This document shows positions 61,371 through 64,000 of a stretch of 64,000 nucleotides of DNA, piece after piece. Under the pieces are notes generated by a model, which was not told the DNA's origin, did not search any database, and was given only the letters and a program-made list of their open reading frames with translations. Origin of the DNA: a virus. How positions within the stretch are numbered: the first letter of the stretch is position 1; the number at the start of each line of letters is the position of its first letter. The stretch is from IMG/VR virus record IMGVR_UViG_3300032322_002570, positions 1 to 64,000 of that record. One strand, given 5' to 3'. The position numbers were made by a program, and so were the translations under genes.

Positions 61371-61486
61371 AAGAACAACTGCACTTATGAAACCCTCGAA
61401 AAACGCATCAGAACCATTGCGCCGCAATGGGTTTACCCAGGTCGAAAAAGGGTCAGCAAATGTGCTGGAGCACATATTTTGTGCAG
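61356..61486. repeat. Inverted repeat copy B (partner 13406-13537)
   Basis: Reverse complement aligns end to end with 13406-13537. Confidence 0.92.
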
Positions 61487-61834
61487 TTTTCACCTGGCTG
61501 CAATGGCTTTCTGGTGGCCAGTGTTCATCGCTATACCGTTTGGAGCCCGAAGCCCATGATTGGTGAAGAGCAGTTCCGCGAGGACTACGAGGAGATTGGC
61601 CGCAGCCTGTGCGGCGCTTTCGAGGACAAGGCCATGACCTGGACTCAGATCTGCGACATCACTGCCGCACTGGGACACCAGCCCGGGGACACTCAGCTCT
61701 GGCTGCGCTACTACCGCGCCGAGCAGAAGGGTGAGCCATTGCCATCGCTGAGCCGCAATCCGGAGAGGCGTCGGCGCCGCGCGCGCAAGAAAGCCGCCGG
61801 GTCGTGATACATTGGGCGGGAGTGCGCTGCTGCC

Positions 61835-62560
61835 TTGGACCTGAAAACCGTCCTGATCCTGGACACGGAAACGACTGGCCTGTCGCCGGAGGACTCACAG
61901 GTCATCGAGGTCGGCGCCATCCTGTTCGAGGTGCAGGACCATCGCTCCACGTTGGCTCAGGTCTCGTTCCTGCTGCCGTGCCTGAGCAACCCGGTCGAGA
62001 GCATCAACAAGATTCCGCAGGGCCTGACCCAGAAGGGGCTCATGGTCCAGGACAAGGCCCAGGCGCTGTTCCTCGAGATGGCTGAGCGCTGCGACGCCTA
62101 CGTTGCGCACAACGCGGCCTTCGACCGGAAGTGGTTCGACATCGTCGGGGAGAACAAGCAGCCTGACATCTACGCGCAAGTGTCGCTGCCAGACAGGCCC
62201 TGGATCTGTTCGATGGAGGACATCCCATGGCCGAAAGAACTCGGCTTGAAGCCCAGGCCCGGGCTGAAGGATGTCGCCCTGGCACACGAGGTCCCGGTAT
62301 GGGCAGCACACCGGGCGCTGACCGACTGCATCTACCTGGCCCAGGTCTTCGAACGACGCGGCGACGTCCGGGAGCTCCTCACACGGGCACTCGAGCCGAG
62401 GTTCCTGTACAAGGCCCTGGTGTCCTATGACGACCGTCAACTCGCCAAGGATGCTGGCTTCCAGTGGAACGAACCGGTGCCCAAGGCGTGGACGCGACGC
62501 TTGACAGAAGCCGAAGCCGCTGTGCTACCATTCCGTGTGCAACAGGTGGGGCGCACCTGA
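61835..62560 (+). CDS. DEDDh 3'-5' exonuclease (DnaQ-like)
   Basis: LDTETTG, AHNAAFD, HRALTDC; C-terminal VSYDDRQLAKDAGFQW. Confidence 0.9.
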   Translation: MDLKTVLILDTETTGLSPEDSQVIEVGAILFEVQDHRSTLAQVSFLLPCLSNPVESINKIPQGLTQKGLMVQDKAQALFLEMAERCDAYVAHNAAFDRKWFDIVGENKQPDIYAQVSLPDRPWICSMEDIPWPKELGLKPRPGLKDVALAHEVPVWAAHRALTDCIYLAQVFERRGDVRELLTRALEPRFLYKALVSYDDRQLAKDAGFQWNEPVPKAWTRRLTEAEAAVLPFRVQQVGRT

Positions 62561-62579
62561 TCCAGCCGCGAAAAATTCA

Positions 62580-63395
62580 ATGACGCTTTTCTCCCACGAA
62601 CATGAAGACCCAGAGCCGCAGTACCTGGTAAAAGGCGTCGAGCGGCGACAGGGGGCTGACCCAGTCGCCACTAGTGCGCCCGTGCCGCCAGACGAACCTT
62701 ATGGACGAGAGGCTTCCATGATATTTATGCAAAAGATAAAAATCAATGCCGCCACCCCCAGCGCACCCGTGCCGCCGGATGAGTTGATTGACCAGTGGGA
62801 ACAAGAATACGCATGCCTGCCGTATTCACCAGATTTCCCATGCAGTACTTCCCATAAATACATCGCCAAGAAAACTGCCGACTGGGGCTATCAACAAGCC
62901 CTACCCGAGCGGCAGGAGTTGACGGAACTGCTGACAAACCTTGTGCAATCACTGGATGATCTGATCACCAGCTCGGACGGTGTAGCCGGACTGCACTTAA
63001 ACGGCAACATCGCTCACTGGGAAAGCCTGCTTGAAGGTGGCAGGTTTGAGGGCTGGTTACTCGCCTTGTACCAAGCCCGCGCTTGGGCCGAGCGACTCGT
63101 GGAAAGTCAAGAAACCCTGCCCACGCGGGAGAATTTGAATTGGGACAAGCTCAACGATCCTGATGCGTTTAATAAGCTGCCCGCAAAGCAACTTGGGCCA
63201 CATAACTCAGTTGTTAGAGATCCGCTTGAGATTGAAGTTTACTGCGGAAAGGCTCATGTGTTTTTCGAAGATCACACAATCGAGGACATTGTGAGATACG
63301 CAATTAAATGTGGTGGAATTGATGATGTTGAGTATATGGTTCGTGAAGCCCGCGCTTGGGTTGAGCGGCTCAGTGGAGGTGGTAGCGATGGCTGA
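62580..63395 (+). CDS. Mosaic hypothetical protein with internal repeats
   Basis: SAPVPPDE twice; ARAWxERL twice. Confidence 0.55.
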   Translation: MTLFSHEHEDPEPQYLVKGVERRQGADPVATSAPVPPDEPYGREASMIFMQKIKINAATPSAPVPPDELIDQWEQEYACLPYSPDFPCSTSHKYIAKKTADWGYQQALPERQELTELLTNLVQSLDDLITSSDGVAGLHLNGNIAHWESLLEGGRFEGWLLALYQARAWAERLVESQETLPTRENLNWDKLNDPDAFNKLPAKQLGPHNSVVRDPLEIEVYCGKAHVFFEDHTIEDIVRYAIKCGGIDDVEYMVREARAWVERLSGGGSDG

Positions 63396-64000
63396 CCGCA
63401 AACCTTTGTGGGAGGTGATGCACGACGCTTTTTTAAGCGTAGGCCTAACTGGCGAGAAGGGACGCAAGGGATTTGCCGCCGAACTCCGCGCCATTGCGGA
63501 CGAGGCGGTGCCGGAACATCTCTGTCAGGCAGACGACTCATGGGACGCGGCTGCCATTGCATACGGTGTAGTCCGTGATCGCCTGTTGGCTGCTGCTGAT
63601 GAAGCGGAGTGGCGACCTTGAACGCCTGCCGCAATCTGCTACAATAAAGCCCATACCAAGGACAAACCCCACCAATGGACGTTGCTAAAGGATGGATCGG
63701 GAAGAAGGTGCGGTCAAGCGATGGCCGCACTGGGAGCATCACGAAGGCGGTGCAGGTAATGTGGACGCTGGACCTGTACATCACAGCGGACGACGGATCC
63801 ACCGCTAAGACGACACTGAATGCCAGGGGCGGCGACTTTGGCGATCATTCTTGGCAGTGGTACTGCCCTGAGTTCTCTCATGGCCCTGCGTGGTTGCCAT
63901 TGACGGATCAGTCACCAGACGTGGAGTACGAGTGATGCAGCACGCAATCGTTCGAGCCCACAAGGGCTCATCCGCCGGCAGGCTTGCCGCCCCGCCAGGA

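Noticed and set aside
1-64000. HIP1 (GCGATCGC) or CGATCG enrichment; Z-base (purZ), retron or DGR systems; integrase
   Set aside because: CGATCG looks frequent but enrichment cannot be quantified by eye; no purZ, reverse transcriptase or recombinase motifs were seen

Overview
This is a 64 kb slice of a GC-rich tailed dsDNA phage. The host is most likely a picocyanobacterium (Synechococcus/Cyanobium-like), inferred from an NblA-like gene, a cyanobacterial-type DEDDh exonuclease and cyanophage-type fibre proteins. No integrase, major capsid protein or DNA polymerase is visible in the window. Layout: (i) 1-13.3 kb, a minus-strand run of small early/accessory ORFs (two degenerate NUMOD4-HNH proteins, a nucleotidyltransferase, a macrodomain). 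(ii) 14-25 kb, accessory genes: SLOG/DprA-like protein, a cellulose-synthase-like GT2 with an outer-membrane protein, dUTPase, an RNA-repair operon (Rnl1 plus split Pnk) and RlpA. (iii) 25-42.8 kb, a minus-strand block mixing packaging and replication genes: portal, class II RNR with two inteins, NblA-like, primase, sigma factor, TerL/TerS, dNMP kinase, tRNA-Ile(UAU), ThyX, RecE-like exonuclease, RusA. (iv) 42.9-57.7 kb, a plus-strand virion/lysis block that contains a signal-less DUF1800-DUF1501 pair fused to virion-type domains. (v) 58-64 kb, DnaB helicase, putative initiator and exonuclease. Non-coding highlights: a ~131-bp diverged inverted repeat 48 kb apart (13406-13537 / 61356-61486), each copy next to an AT-rich palindromic origin-like tract; two candidate structured ncRNAs; and two recurring promoter motifs (host-type GTGCTAnnnT, putative phage-sigma GGWANACTA). 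All family assignments come from motif recognition by eye; no database search was run.
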